Source of the DNA: an uncultured Vicinamibacterales bacterium
GTDB taxonomy: Bacteria; Acidobacteriota; Vicinamibacteria; Vicinamibacterales; 2-12-FULL-66-21
Direction of reading: 5' to 3'
Assembly: GCA_964476725.1 (NCBI GenBank)
Contig: CAYZBZ010000002.1
Location: forward strand, 1 to 56,057
DNA length: 56,057 nucleotides
Positions 18,508 through 28,299 of the stretch are shown in pieces (within the stretch, counting starts at the first letter, position 1; each line of letters starts with the position of its first letter). A program made the position numbers and the translations under genes. Under the pieces are notes generated by a model. That model made no database searches. It saw only the letters and a list, made by a program, of their open reading frames with translations, and was not told where the DNA came from.

Positions 18508-19521
18508 TCAGCCGGCGAGGTCGACCAGCACTTTCATGACCGGCCCACCGCCGAGCGCCTCCTCCATCCCTTTTTGCAGATCCTCCAGCGGGATGACGCG
18601 GCTCACCAGCGGTCCGGCGACGACACCTCCCGTCGACGCCAGACGAATCGCTTCTTCCCATGCCGCTCGGGTATAGAGACGACTGCCGTGCATCCTGAGC
18701 TCGCGGGCGAACATGGCGTAAAGATTCACGGGCACCGGACTGGCGTGGATCGCGATCACGCTGACCGTGCCCCAGACTCGCACCACGTCGGTCACGAGCC
18801 GGGCCGCCGCCGCGTCGCCGGTGACTTCGAATGCCACATCGGCTCCGTCGCCGTCGGTCCACTCATTGACGATGCGGACGGCGTCCTGTCCCGGCCCGAT
18901 CGTTTCCAGCCCGAAGCGGTTCAGCATCTGGACGCGATGCGCGTTTATCTCCACGACCTTGACGCGCGCGCCGCGGTGGCGACAGACGAGCGCAATCAGG
19001 CAGCCGATGGGACCACCGCCAAACACGACGACGGTGTCGCCGGCCTTGACGTCCGCGCGCGCCACGTCGTGGGTGGCGACGGCAAGCGGTTCGATGAGCG
19101 GCGCATCGTCGTCGCTGATCGAATCCGGCACCTTCAATAGTCGATCTGCGGGGACCGTCCAGTATTCCTGCATGCCCCCGGGCACGTCCACACCGAGCAC
19201 TTTCAGGTTGTGGCACAGGTATGTCGCGCCCATTCGGCAGGCCCTGCAGGTCCCGCAGAACAGCACGGGCTCCACGACGACGCGATCGCCCTCGGCGAAG
19301 CCGCTGCCGGTCGGTGCTGTCATGACTTCGGCGAAGACCTCGTGGCCGATGATCCCGCCTTTCGGGACGCGATGATCGAGATGTCCCTGGTAAATGTGCA
19401 GGTCGGTGCCGCAGATCCCCACGCGTCGCACGCGCAGGAGCGCCTCGGCCGGTCCAGGCGCCGGCATGGGGGCGGAGCCGGTGCGAAAGGTGCGATCCCC
19501 ACGGTAGTACGACGCTCGCAT
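18508..19521 (-). CDS. Zinc-dependent alcohol/sugar dehydrogenase (MDR family)
   Basis: GICGTD, GHE, CGTCRAC..C, GGGPIG. Confidence 0.92.
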   Translation of the reverse strand: MRASYYRGDRTFRTGSAPMPAPGPAEALLRVRRVGICGTDLHIYQGHLDHRVPKGGIIGHEVFAEVMTAPTGSGFAEGDRVVVEPVLFCGTCRACRMGATYLCHNLKVLGVDVPGGMQEYWTVPADRLLKVPDSISDDDAPLIEPLAVATHDVARADVKAGDTVVVFGGGPIGCLIALVCRHRGARVKVVEINAHRVQMLNRFGLETIGPGQDAVRIVNEWTDGDGADVAFEVTGDAAAARLVTDVVRVWGTVSVIAIHASPVPVNLYAMFARELRMHGSRLYTRAAWEEAIRLASTGGVVAGPLVSRVIPLEDLQKGMEEALGGGPVMKVLVDLAG

Positions 19522-19539
19522 CAGGCCAGTCTCCGTTGT

Positions 19540-20409
19540 TCACCGACGTTGCGGCCGCTGGATCAGCGGGACCCTGGGGTCCGGTGGGGGCCAGCTGGCG
19601 CGCAGGTGAGCGTACCGCGGATCGTCGGTTGCCGCCATCGCTCGAAAGCTGCCGGCCAGCGTGTTGAGGTAATAGGCGTCGTAGCCTGGCGCCGCGACAA
19701 ACGGGTGATAGCCGTCGCGCACGATCACGAGATCGCCATCAGTGACTCTGAGTGTCTGATCCGAACGTCCATCCGCCGTGTAGAGACGCTGTATTCCGTA
19801 ACCGTCCGGACCGCTGAAGCGATAGTAGTACGTCTCCTCCAGATCCGCTTCGACCGGCGGCGCATGCCGGTCGTGCTTGTGCGGCGGATAGCTGGACCAG
19901 TTGCCGGCGGGCGTGAGGACCTCGCAGACCAGCAGGCGGTCGGCAGGCGCGGCGGGTGGGAGGATATCGATGATCTGGCGAGTGGCGTTGCCACCGCCGC
20001 GGACCTCCAGCCCGCAGTCCTCGGGCCTGATCAGCCGCGCCGGAAATCGTTTCGCCGAAGGTGACTGGCAGACGGCCATCTCGGTGCCACGGCGGGCGCG
20101 CACCTCGAATGCGGTTCCCGGCGGCAGATAGATCGCATGCGGGTAATCCGTGAAGACGTCGCGGCGTGGCCCGAGGGGCACGGTCCTGCGCTGGCCGGGC
20201 GACCACGTCACCGACGCCAGCCCGGAGAGTAGAACCATGCACACTTCATGACGGCTGGTACGTCCGCTCCACGTGTCTCCACCGGCGATCTGCCGGACCG
20301 AAAACCCGACCAACTCCCATCCGGCCCGACGCGGCGTCAGAGACACCTGCGTTCCGGATTGTCCCTTTGGCACCGGCCGTGTGCGCAGCAAAGATGTCGC
20401 GTTCTTCAT
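19540..20409 (-). CDS. iolB: 5-deoxy-glucuronate isomerase
   Basis: GNWSSYPPHKHD, LEETYY, GYHP motifs. Confidence 0.95.
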   Translation of the reverse strand: MKNATSLLRTRPVPKGQSGTQVSLTPRRAGWELVGFSVRQIAGGDTWSGRTSRHEVCMVLLSGLASVTWSPGQRRTVPLGPRRDVFTDYPHAIYLPPGTAFEVRARRGTEMAVCQSPSAKRFPARLIRPEDCGLEVRGGGNATRQIIDILPPAAPADRLLVCEVLTPAGNWSSYPPHKHDRHAPPVEADLEETYYYRFSGPDGYGIQRLYTADGRSDQTLRVTDGDLVIVRDGYHPFVAAPGYDAYYLNTLAGSFRAMAATDDPRYAHLRASWPPPDPRVPLIQRPQRR

Positions 20410-20421
20410 CGGCTCAGTCCC

Positions 20422-21462
20422 TCAGGCCTGTGCGGTATCGGCGATTGACGAGACGGTCACCGGGTGGCCCGTCTGATAGGCCCGCGTCGCGGCCACCGCA
20501 ATCCGCAGCGCTTCCACGCCATCGTCCACGGTGATCGGCGGCTTCCGACCCTGGAGCACATTCTGTGCAAAGCTCTCGAGCTGCGCCGTGTAGGCGTCGC
20601 GGAACCGCTCCATGAAGTACGGGACCGTATCATGGGTCACCCCGCTCCTGGTCATCACCATCAACGGCGTCTCGCGCAGGTACCCGATGCGCAACGTTCC
20701 CTGCGTGCCGAGCAACTCCGTCGTGATGTCGTATCCGTAGATACCGTTCCGGGTCAGATCGACGACACCGAGACGGCCGCTGGCGAACACGAGACTGACC
20801 ACGGCGTTGTCGATGTCGCCGACCGCCCCCAGCTCTGGATACGCGAGCACGCCCCCGATGGTCTGGACCGTCGCGACCTCGCCCATGAACCATCGCGCGA
20901 GATCGAAATCGTGGATGCCCATGTCGATGAGCAGCCCGCCGCTGCTTTTCGGGTTCGCGTACTCCACCGAGGGAGGAAACGGATCCCGGGAGGTGGACTT
21001 GAAGACCACGGCGTCGCCGATCTCGCCCGCGCCCAGGCGCTCTTTCGCCGCCACGTAACCGCGATCGAACCGTCGCATGAACCCAAGCTGGAAAAAGACG
21101 CCAGACTGCTGAACAGCCCGCCGCATCGCGAGCGCCTCGTCCATCGTGATTGCCAGCGGCTTCTCGCAGAAGATCGCCTTCCCTGCGGCAGCCGCGGCCT
21201 TCGTCAGCTCGCCGTGCGTCGCCGTCGGCGTGACGATCACGACCGCATCCACCGAGGGATCGGCAATGAGGTCGCGGGGGTCCGTATACCCGCGGGGCAC
21301 CTCGAACGCGCGCGTGACGTCATCGACCGCGGCTTTGTCCACGTCGGCCACGGCAACCAGCCGCATGCACGCGATTCGCGTCGCCAGATCGCGCGCGTAC
21401 ACGCGTCCGAGACGGCCCAACCCCATCAAGCCGACGTTCAGCTTTGTCGCGCTCTTCGCCAC
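20422..21462 (-). CDS. iolG: Inositol 2-dehydrogenase
   Basis: GLGRLG, CEKP, GFMRRFD, SRDP, DMGIHDFD, YGYD; iol context. Confidence 0.85.
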   Translation of the reverse strand: MAKSATKLNVGLMGLGRLGRVYARDLATRIACMRLVAVADVDKAAVDDVTRAFEVPRGYTDPRDLIADPSVDAVVIVTPTATHGELTKAAAAAGKAIFCEKPLAITMDEALAMRRAVQQSGVFFQLGFMRRFDRGYVAAKERLGAGEIGDAVVFKSTSRDPFPPSVEYANPKSSGGLLIDMGIHDFDLARWFMGEVATVQTIGGVLAYPELGAVGDIDNAVVSLVFASGRLGVVDLTRNGIYGYDITTELLGTQGTLRIGYLRETPLMVMTRSGVTHDTVPYFMERFRDAYTAQLESFAQNVLQGRKPPITVDDGVEALRIAVAATRAYQTGHPVTVSSIADTAQA

Positions 21463-21489
21463 GTGCCTCTCCTGATTCGTGATCCCCGG

Positions 21490-22458
21490 TTACTGTCCCG
21501 TTGCCGTCCCGGTTTTTGTGACGAGCTCGATAGGTACGGTTTGCTCACGCGGAACCGGCTCCGAGCGCAGCAGACGTGCCGCAGCCTCGACCGCCAACCG
21601 TCCCATGTCGCGAGGCGACTGCGCCATGGATGCTTCCATGCGACCCGCCTCGATTGCCTTGCGCGCATCGTCGAGCGCATCGAAGCCGACGACGCGGATG
21701 CGGCCGGCGCGTCCGGCAGCGGCGACGGCCTCGACCGCGCCCAGCGCCATGAGGTCGCTGCAGGCAAACAACGCGTCGATGTCGGCGTGCGCCTGGAGCA
21801 TGTTCTGGAACACGGTAAATCCCTGGTCGCGTTCCCAGTTCGCGGGCTGGCTCGCGACGATTGTCATCCCCGGGTACTTCTTGACCGCGTCGCGAAATCC
21901 GCGCAGCCGGGAGTCGCCGGTCTCGTGTCCGGGAATCCCCTCGAGGACGGCGATACGAGCCTTGCCGCCGGTGGACCTGGCGAGATACTCGCCGGCCAGC
22001 CTGCCGCCCTCGTAGTTGTCCGAGCCGACGAAGGATTCGATCTTCAGGTTGTTCTCCGCTGCCGCTTTGGGGTCCACACGCGTGTCGACGACAATCACCG
22101 GGACATTGGCCCGATTCGCCTTGGCGATGGCCGACACGATTTCGCGTGAACCGCTGGGGGTCACGATCAGCACACGCACGCCGGTCTGCAGCAGGTTCTC
22201 GATAATCTGCATCTGCTTCTCGACGTCGATCTCGCGCTCGGCGGCTTGCACGACGAGCTGGATGCCGGCGCGGTCGGCGGCCTCCTGCGCCCCACGCTGC
22301 ATGTCGAGAAAGAAGGGATGGTTGAGCGTCTTCATGACGAACGCCACACGCGGCGCGGCACTCGTCGCCGTCGAGCCGTGGCGATTACACCCCACGGCGA
22401 CCCACACGATGAGCAGTCCAAGCAACACTTTGTGCGCAAGTCTTATCATTGCCACCAT
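21490..22458 (-). CDS. Sugar ABC transporter substrate-binding lipoprotein (RbsB-like)
   Basis: Lipobox AVGC; KTLNHPFF, GSDNY.GG, VVGFD. Confidence 0.92.
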   Translation of the reverse strand: MVAMIRLAHKVLLGLLIVWVAVGCNRHGSTATSAAPRVAFVMKTLNHPFFLDMQRGAQEAADRAGIQLVVQAAEREIDVEKQMQIIENLLQTGVRVLIVTPSGSREIVSAIAKANRANVPVIVVDTRVDPKAAAENNLKIESFVGSDNYEGGRLAGEYLARSTGGKARIAVLEGIPGHETGDSRLRGFRDAVKKYPGMTIVASQPANWERDQGFTVFQNMLQAHADIDALFACSDLMALGAVEAVAAAGRAGRIRVVGFDALDDARKAIEAGRMEASMAQSPRDMGRLAVEAAARLLRSEPVPREQTVPIELVTKTGTATGQ

Positions 22459-22471
22459 CGCACCTCTCCGG

Positions 22472-23422
22472 TTACCGGCGACGCCGCTTCAGCGACATGT
22501 CTACGAGAACAGCTCCGATAATCACGGCACCGATGACCACCTGCTGAAAGAACGACGACACGTTGAGCAGGTTCAGCCCGTTCCTCAGCACACCCATGAT
22601 GAGCGCGCCGATCAGCGCGCCCATGAGCGACCCTTCGCCTCCCATCAGGCTCGTGCCGCCGATCACCGTCGCGGCAATCGCGTCGAGCTCGTACATCGTG
22701 CCGGCCGTCGGCTGCGCCGAGTTGAGGCGCGCCGTCAGGATGACAGCCGCAGCGGCGCTCATCAGGCCCGCGACTCCGTAGATCATCGTCTTGTGAAAGC
22801 GCACCTGTACTCCTGACAGCCGCGCCGCCTCTTCGTTGCCGCCAATTGCATAGGTCGCCCTTCCAAAGACCGTGCGGGCGAGCACGAAGTGCGCCACAGC
22901 GTAGATCAGAACGGTGATGATGACCGGGGCGGGCACCATCAACACGCGGCCGGTGGCCAGGGTGCGAAACCCTTCGCTGAACCCTGAGATCGGGCGTCCC
23001 TCTGCCAGCATCAGCGCGGCGCCGCGTGCCACGCTCATCATTCCAAGCGTCGCGATGAACGGCGGCAGGCGCCCGAACGTCACGAGAAGGCCGTTTGCCT
23101 GACCGCACGACAGCCCCACGACGAGCGCGATGACAATCGCCGCCGGCGCCGGGAGACCGGCCCCGAGGGCCTGCCCGAGAGCGATGCCCGAAAGTGCCAC
23201 CACGGAGCCGACGGACAGGTCGATGCCGCCTGAAATAATCACGAACGTCATCCCGACTGCGACGATGGCGTTGATCGCGGTCTGCTCGAGCACGTTGAGC
23301 AGATTCGACACGGTCAGGAAGTGTGGCGTCGCCGCCCAGAGAACCAGACACAACGCCAGCAGGCCGGCGAACGTGCCGAGTTGCCGCGCCGAGCGCTCGT
23401 GCAGCCCGAAGGCGGACCACAT
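22472..23422 (-). CDS. Sugar ABC transporter permease (RbsC-like)
   Basis: GGIDLSVG, PPFIATLG, GGNEEAARLSG, IAATVIGG. Confidence 0.95.
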   Translation of the reverse strand: MWSAFGLHERSARQLGTFAGLLALCLVLWAATPHFLTVSNLLNVLEQTAINAIVAVGMTFVIISGGIDLSVGSVVALSGIALGQALGAGLPAPAAIVIALVVGLSCGQANGLLVTFGRLPPFIATLGMMSVARGAALMLAEGRPISGFSEGFRTLATGRVLMVPAPVIITVLIYAVAHFVLARTVFGRATYAIGGNEEAARLSGVQVRFHKTMIYGVAGLMSAAAAVILTARLNSAQPTAGTMYELDAIAATVIGGTSLMGGEGSLMGALIGALIMGVLRNGLNLLNVSSFFQQVVIGAVIIGAVLVDMSLKRRRR

Positions 23423-24918
23423 TACGACGCGACCCCCAAGGCCGCGTGCAGCACCCGCGTGTCGGTCGCCTCCTGCGCCGAGAGCTCCAGCTGCACGGCG
23501 CCGGCGCGCATGACCAGGATTCGATCGCTCATGCCCAGCACTTCGGGAAGATCCGACGAGATCATGATCATGCCCGCGCCGTTCTCGACGAGGCGATTCA
23601 TCAGCACATAGATATCCTGTCGCGCCGCTACGTCGATGCCGCGCGTCGGCTCGTCGAAGATGAGAATCTGGGCCTGCGCGGCGAGCCATTTCGCGAGCAC
23701 GACTTTCTGCTGGTTGCCGCCGCTCAGATGCAGGACGGCCTGCTCGGCCCCCGTGGTGCGTATCCGCAGGCTGGCAATCGCGTCGTCCGCCTCGCGCCGT
23801 TCGCGCCGGCGATCCATGACGCCGAAGCGCGACAACCAGGAAAGATGTGACATGGAGACGTTGCGCTCGACCGACAGGGGGAGCACGAGTCCCTGCTGCT
23901 TGCGATCCTCCGGCAGGAAGCCGATGCGCGCGCGCGCGGCGTCGGCCGGCGAGCTGATGTTGACGGCCGTGCCTCTGACGGCAATCCGGCCGCGATCGAC
24001 GCGATCGGCGCCCACGATCGCGCGTGCGAGGCGCGTGCGGCCGGCGCCGACCAGGCCTGCAATACCGAGGATCTCTCCGCGGTGAAGCACGAACGACACG
24101 TCCTGCAATGCGCCGCCTCCGAGTCCGTCGACGCGCAGGAGCTCCTCGCCGAGCGCGTGCGCGCGCCGCGGATAGTGGTCGGCCACTTCCCGATCCGCCA
24201 TCAGGCGGACAAGCTCCGAGACGGTCACGCCGGCAATGTCGCGCGTCGCCACGTGACGGCCGTCGCGGAGAACCGTCACACGCTGGCCGATGCGAAAGAC
24301 CTCGTCCATGCGGTGCGAGATGTACACGACCGCCACGCCGTTCGATGTCAGGCGGCTAATCGTCGTGAAGAGTTGCCCGACCTCGCGCTCGCTCAATGCC
24401 GAGGTGGGCTCGTCCATGACCAGAATCCGGGCGTCGTCGGCCAGGGCACGCGCGACCTCGACCATCTGCTGCTGTGCGAGGCGGAGGCCGCGCACCGGTC
24501 GGTCGGGATCGATGGAGAGGCCGATCCCGCTGAGTATCCGGTCCGCCTCGCGGCGCATCTGCGGCCAGTCCACGATTCCGGGCCACCGGGTCGGCGCCTT
24601 CCCGAGGAAGATGTTTTCGGCGACGGTCAGATGCGGGACGAGGCTCAACTCCTGATAGATCGTGCTGATGCCGAGCTTCCGTCCCTCGAGCGGGTTGCCG
24701 ATGTGGACGGCCGTCCCGCCGACGAGGATTTCCCCGGCGTCGGCAGGCACGGCTCCGCTCAGAATCTTCATCAGCGTCGACTTGCCGGCGCCGTTCTCGC
24801 CGAGGAGCACGTGCACTTCTCCCGCGCGCACCTCCAGGACGGCGTGGCTCAACGCCTGGACACCGGGATACGCCTTGCAGATTCCGCGCATCTGCAGCGC
24901 GAGAGGCGGGTCGGTCAT
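23422..24918 (-). CDS. Sugar ABC transporter ATP-binding protein (RbsA-like)
   Basis: GENGAGKST, MDEPT, LSGGNQQKV, DEPTRGID. Confidence 0.95.
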   Translation of the reverse strand: MTDPPLALQMRGICKAYPGVQALSHAVLEVRAGEVHVLLGENGAGKSTLMKILSGAVPADAGEILVGGTAVHIGNPLEGRKLGISTIYQELSLVPHLTVAENIFLGKAPTRWPGIVDWPQMRREADRILSGIGLSIDPDRPVRGLRLAQQQMVEVARALADDARILVMDEPTSALSEREVGQLFTTISRLTSNGVAVVYISHRMDEVFRIGQRVTVLRDGRHVATRDIAGVTVSELVRLMADREVADHYPRRAHALGEELLRVDGLGGGALQDVSFVLHRGEILGIAGLVGAGRTRLARAIVGADRVDRGRIAVRGTAVNISSPADAARARIGFLPEDRKQQGLVLPLSVERNVSMSHLSWLSRFGVMDRRRERREADDAIASLRIRTTGAEQAVLHLSGGNQQKVVLAKWLAAQAQILIFDEPTRGIDVAARQDIYVLMNRLVENGAGMIMISSDLPEVLGMSDRILVMRAGAVQLELSAQEATDTRVLHAALGVAS

Positions 24919-25128
24919 GGCTTTGGCGAAGCGCTTCGCTGACGCTCGTGGCGCCCCCGCCGGCGGGCCGCGGAGCGGCCCTGGCGCGTGCAGCACAGGC
25001 CGTGGCGTTCCGGCATATTTGGCGCGGTCCGGCGGCAGTATACGTCTTCGATCAGCCGGGCGCATCTTTCCTGCTAGACTGACCCGCGTCCCATGAGCGC
25101 CTGAGCGCGAAGTTGTCAAAACGCCCAG

Positions 25129-25325
25129 ATGGCCAACATCTACGATGTCGCCAAACGCGCGCGCGTGTCGGCCGCGACCGTTTCCGCCGTCGCGAACGAC
25201 AGCGCGTATGTCAGCCCCTCGCTGAAATCACGCGTCGAACAGGCGATCCGGCAGCTCAGCTACCGTCCCAATCTCGTCGCGCGCAGCCTGGCGCAGCAGC
25301 GGACGCGGACGCTGGGGATGGTGGC
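25129..25325 (+). pseudogene. LacI-family regulator truncated after the HTH/hinge
   Basis: MANIYDVAKRARVSAATVS...YRPNLVARSL..RTRTLGMV; no sugar-binding domain follows, and the frame runs out of phase over iolD. Confidence 0.85.
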
Positions 25326-25354
25326 GCTGAACATTCAGTGGGAGAACGACGGAC

Positions 25355-27223
25355 ATGTCAAATACCAGACGCCTGACGATGGGCCAGGCGCTCGTCGAGT
25401 TCCTGACGCAGCAGTACACCAGCCTCGACAGCGTCGAACAGCAGTTCTTTGGCGGCGTGTTCGCCATCTTCGGCCACGGGAACGTGGCGGGCCTCGGCCA
25501 GGCGCTGCTCCAGGTGAAGGATCGCCTGCGCTGTTATTTCCCGCGCAACGAGCAGGCCATGGTGCACACCGCGGTCGGCTTTGCAAAGATGGCCAACCGG
25601 CGACGGGCACTCGCCTGCGCCAGTTCGATTGGGCCCGGCGCCACGAACATGCTGACGGGCGCGGCTCTGGCCACGATCAACCGCCTTCCGGTCCTGCTCC
25701 TGCCGGGCGACATCTTCGCGACACGCGGCCCCGCACCCGTTCTCCAGCAGCTGGAGTCAGCCGCGTCGCAGGACATTTCCGTGAACGACTGCTTCAAACC
25801 CGTGTCGCGGTACTGGGATCGCATCAACCGCCCCGAACAACTCATCACCGCACTGCCTGAGGCGCTGCGCATCCTGACGTCGCCAGCCGAAACAGGCGCC
25901 GTCACGCTCTGTCTGCCGCAGGACGTTCAGCCCGAGGCGTTCGAGTATCCCGAGGCGCTGTTCCGCAAGCGCGTCTGGACGATCGCGCGCCCGCGTCCGG
26001 ACAGGACGCTGGTGGCGGCGGCGGCGGCGTGGCTGCGTTCGGCGAAGACCCCTCTCATCATCGCGGGGGGCGGAGCGATTTACAGCGAAGCGACCGACAC
26101 ACTCGCGCGGTTCGCCAGTGCCACCGGCGTGGCCGTCGTCGAAACGATGGCAGGCAAGGGGGCGATGGCGTTCGATCATCCGCAGGCTCTTGGGGCCGTC
26201 GGGGTCACTGGAGCGGCGGGCGCGAATCGACTCGCGCGCGACGCAGACCTGGTGATCGTTGTCGGATCCCGATTGAGCGACTTCACCACGGCGTCCAAGA
26301 CCGCCTTTCAGCACCCGGACGTGCGGTTCATCAACGTGAACGTCACGGAGTTCGATGCGGCCAAGCACCAGGCGCTTCCGCTCGTGGGCGACGCGAAGGC
26401 AACACTGGAGGAATGGCTGCCCCTGATGGAGGGGTGGCGGACGTCCGCCAGGTACCAGGAGCGCGTGTCGCGCGAGAAGGCCGAGTGGGAACAGGAAGTG
26501 GACCGCATCTACGCGGGCACCGACGGTCCGGTCATCAGTCAGGGCGCGGCGATCGGACTTTTGAACGAGTTCACCGGTCCGCGAGACGTCATCGTGAATG
26601 CGGCCGGAACCCTGCCGGGAGACCTGCACAAATTGTGGCGGGCGCGCGACCCGAAGCAATACCACCTGGAGTACGGGTATTCGTGCATGGGCTACGAGAT
26701 TGCGGCGGGGCTGGGCATCAAGATGGCCGCGCCCGACCGGGAGGTATACGTGCTCGTTGGAGACGGATCGTACCTGATGCTGGCGCAGGAGATCGTGACG
26801 TCGATTCAGGAAGGCGTGCGCCTCACGATTCTGATTTTCGACAACCACGGCTTCGCGAGCATCGGGGGACTCTCCCAGTCGGTCGGGTGCGCCGGGTTCG
26901 CAACACAGCACCGGCGCCGGGACGGCAAGACCGGGCTGTTGGATGGCGACGTGCTGCCGATCGACTTCGCGGCAAACGCCGAGTCACTCGGCGCACGCGC
27001 AATCCGAGCCTGTACTCCTGCAGCGATCCGCGCCGCCCTCGAAGAAGCTCGCAGCGCCGACCGCACGACTGCCATCGTGATCCCCGTCGATCCCGAACAG
27101 CGGGTCCCAGGTTACGAGTCGTGGTGGGACGTACCGATTGCGGAGGTCTCGACCATGGAAGCCGTGCGCGCCGCGAGAGCCGAGTATGTTCGGGCTCGCG
27201 CTGCAGGACGTCGATTTTTGTGA
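25355..27223 (+). CDS. iolD: 3D-(3,5/4)-trihydroxycyclohexane-1,2-dione hydrolase
   Basis: IFGHGNV, NEQAM, SIGPGATN, EYGYSCMGYE, GDGS (ThDP motif). Confidence 0.97.
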   Translation: MSNTRRLTMGQALVEFLTQQYTSLDSVEQQFFGGVFAIFGHGNVAGLGQALLQVKDRLRCYFPRNEQAMVHTAVGFAKMANRRRALACASSIGPGATNMLTGAALATINRLPVLLLPGDIFATRGPAPVLQQLESAASQDISVNDCFKPVSRYWDRINRPEQLITALPEALRILTSPAETGAVTLCLPQDVQPEAFEYPEALFRKRVWTIARPRPDRTLVAAAAAWLRSAKTPLIIAGGGAIYSEATDTLARFASATGVAVVETMAGKGAMAFDHPQALGAVGVTGAAGANRLARDADLVIVVGSRLSDFTTASKTAFQHPDVRFINVNVTEFDAAKHQALPLVGDAKATLEEWLPLMEGWRTSARYQERVSREKAEWEQEVDRIYAGTDGPVISQGAAIGLLNEFTGPRDVIVNAAGTLPGDLHKLWRARDPKQYHLEYGYSCMGYEIAAGLGIKMAAPDREVYVLVGDGSYLMLAQEIVTSIQEGVRLTILIFDNHGFASIGGLSQSVGCAGFATQHRRRDGKTGLLDGDVLPIDFAANAESLGARAIRACTPAAIRAALEEARSADRTTAIVIPVDPEQRVPGYESWWDVPIAEVSTMEAVRAARAEYVRARAAGRRFL

Positions 27224-27228
27224 GTCTC

Positions 27229-27291
27229 AGCTATCAGCCGGAAGCCGGAAGCCGGAAGCCGGAAGCTGGGAGCTGGGAGCTGGAAGCTGAC
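27229..27291 (+). repeat. Heptamer tandem repeat (AGCYGGR-like, ~9 units)
   Basis: agctatc, agccgga x4, agctggg x2, agctgga, agctgac, directly before the iolE ATG. Confidence 0.9.
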
Positions 27292-28194
27292 ATGATCAGA
27301 GTAGCCAACGCGCCCTGCTCGTGGGGCGTGTTGGAGTTCGAGTCGAAGAGCGCCAGCCCTGGATACACGCAGGTGCTCGATGAGATCGCCGCGTCGGGAT
27401 ACGCCGGCACCGAGCTGGGCGATTGGGGATTCATGCCGACAGACCCCAACCTCTTACGCGACGAGCTGCAACGGCGTGATCTCGCGATGCTCGGCGCGTT
27501 TGTGACCACGCGGGTGGCGGATCCCCGCACGTACGAGGCGAGCCTGGGCACAGCCGTGACCACGGCGACGCTCCTCTCCGCTGTCAGCGACGGCGCGCGG
27601 CCGCTGATCGTGCTGTCGGACGAACCGACCGCGGATCCCGCCCGCGCTCGCGCGGCCGGACGTGTGCACGCCGGCCTGGGCCTCACCGATCGGCAGTGGG
27701 ACGAGGCTGCCAAAGGGATCGACCGGATCGCCCGTGCCGTGCGCGACGAAACGGGCCTGCGTACCGTTTTCCACCATCATTGCGCAGGCTACGTCGAAAC
27801 ACCCGAGGAGATCGACGCACTTCTGCTGCGTACTGATCCGGCGCTGGTCGGGTTGTGTCTCGACTCAGGCCATGCGAGCTACGGCGGTGCCTCACCCGTC
27901 GAGTTGCTGTCGCGCCACCGCGCGCGCACGTGGCACGTCCACTTCAAGGACTGCGAGCCGCGGATCGCGGAACACGCACGTAAAGAGGAGTGGGATTACC
28001 AGACGGCACTCCGTCATGGCGTGTTTTGTGAGCTGGGGCACGGAAGCGTCGACTTCCCGGCGCTGCTGCGGGAGCTCGAGTCGTCTGGGTATAACGGATG
28101 GATCGTCGTCGAGCAGGATGTGCTCCCGGCCATGGGCGCACCGCTTGCGAGTGCAACGCGGAATCGCCAATACCTGCGGCAAATCGGCCTGTGA
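27292..28194 (+). CDS. iolE: Myo-inosose-2 dehydratase (TIM barrel)
   Basis: ANAPCSWG, GTELG, FHHH, LDSGH, HVHFKD, VVEQD. Confidence 0.85.
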   Translation: MIRVANAPCSWGVLEFESKSASPGYTQVLDEIAASGYAGTELGDWGFMPTDPNLLRDELQRRDLAMLGAFVTTRVADPRTYEASLGTAVTTATLLSAVSDGARPLIVLSDEPTADPARARAAGRVHAGLGLTDRQWDEAAKGIDRIARAVRDETGLRTVFHHHCAGYVETPEEIDALLLRTDPALVGLCLDSGHASYGGASPVELLSRHRARTWHVHFKDCEPRIAEHARKEEWDYQTALRHGVFCELGHGSVDFPALLRELESSGYNGWIVVEQDVLPAMGAPLASATRNRQYLRQIGL

Positions 28195-28299
28195 ATCATC
28201 GGCCGTATGGCTTCACCGGCGATGCGGTGACTGGATGACATGGAGCATGGAGCTGGCGCCGTCTACTCCAGACGTCACATGATGGATACGGAGGACAGT

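Noticed and set aside
26029-27291. 721-aa extended IolE or an IolD-IolE frameshift fusion
   Set aside because: The upstream part is an off-frame shadow of iolD; iolD has its own stop and iolE its own ATG at 27292.
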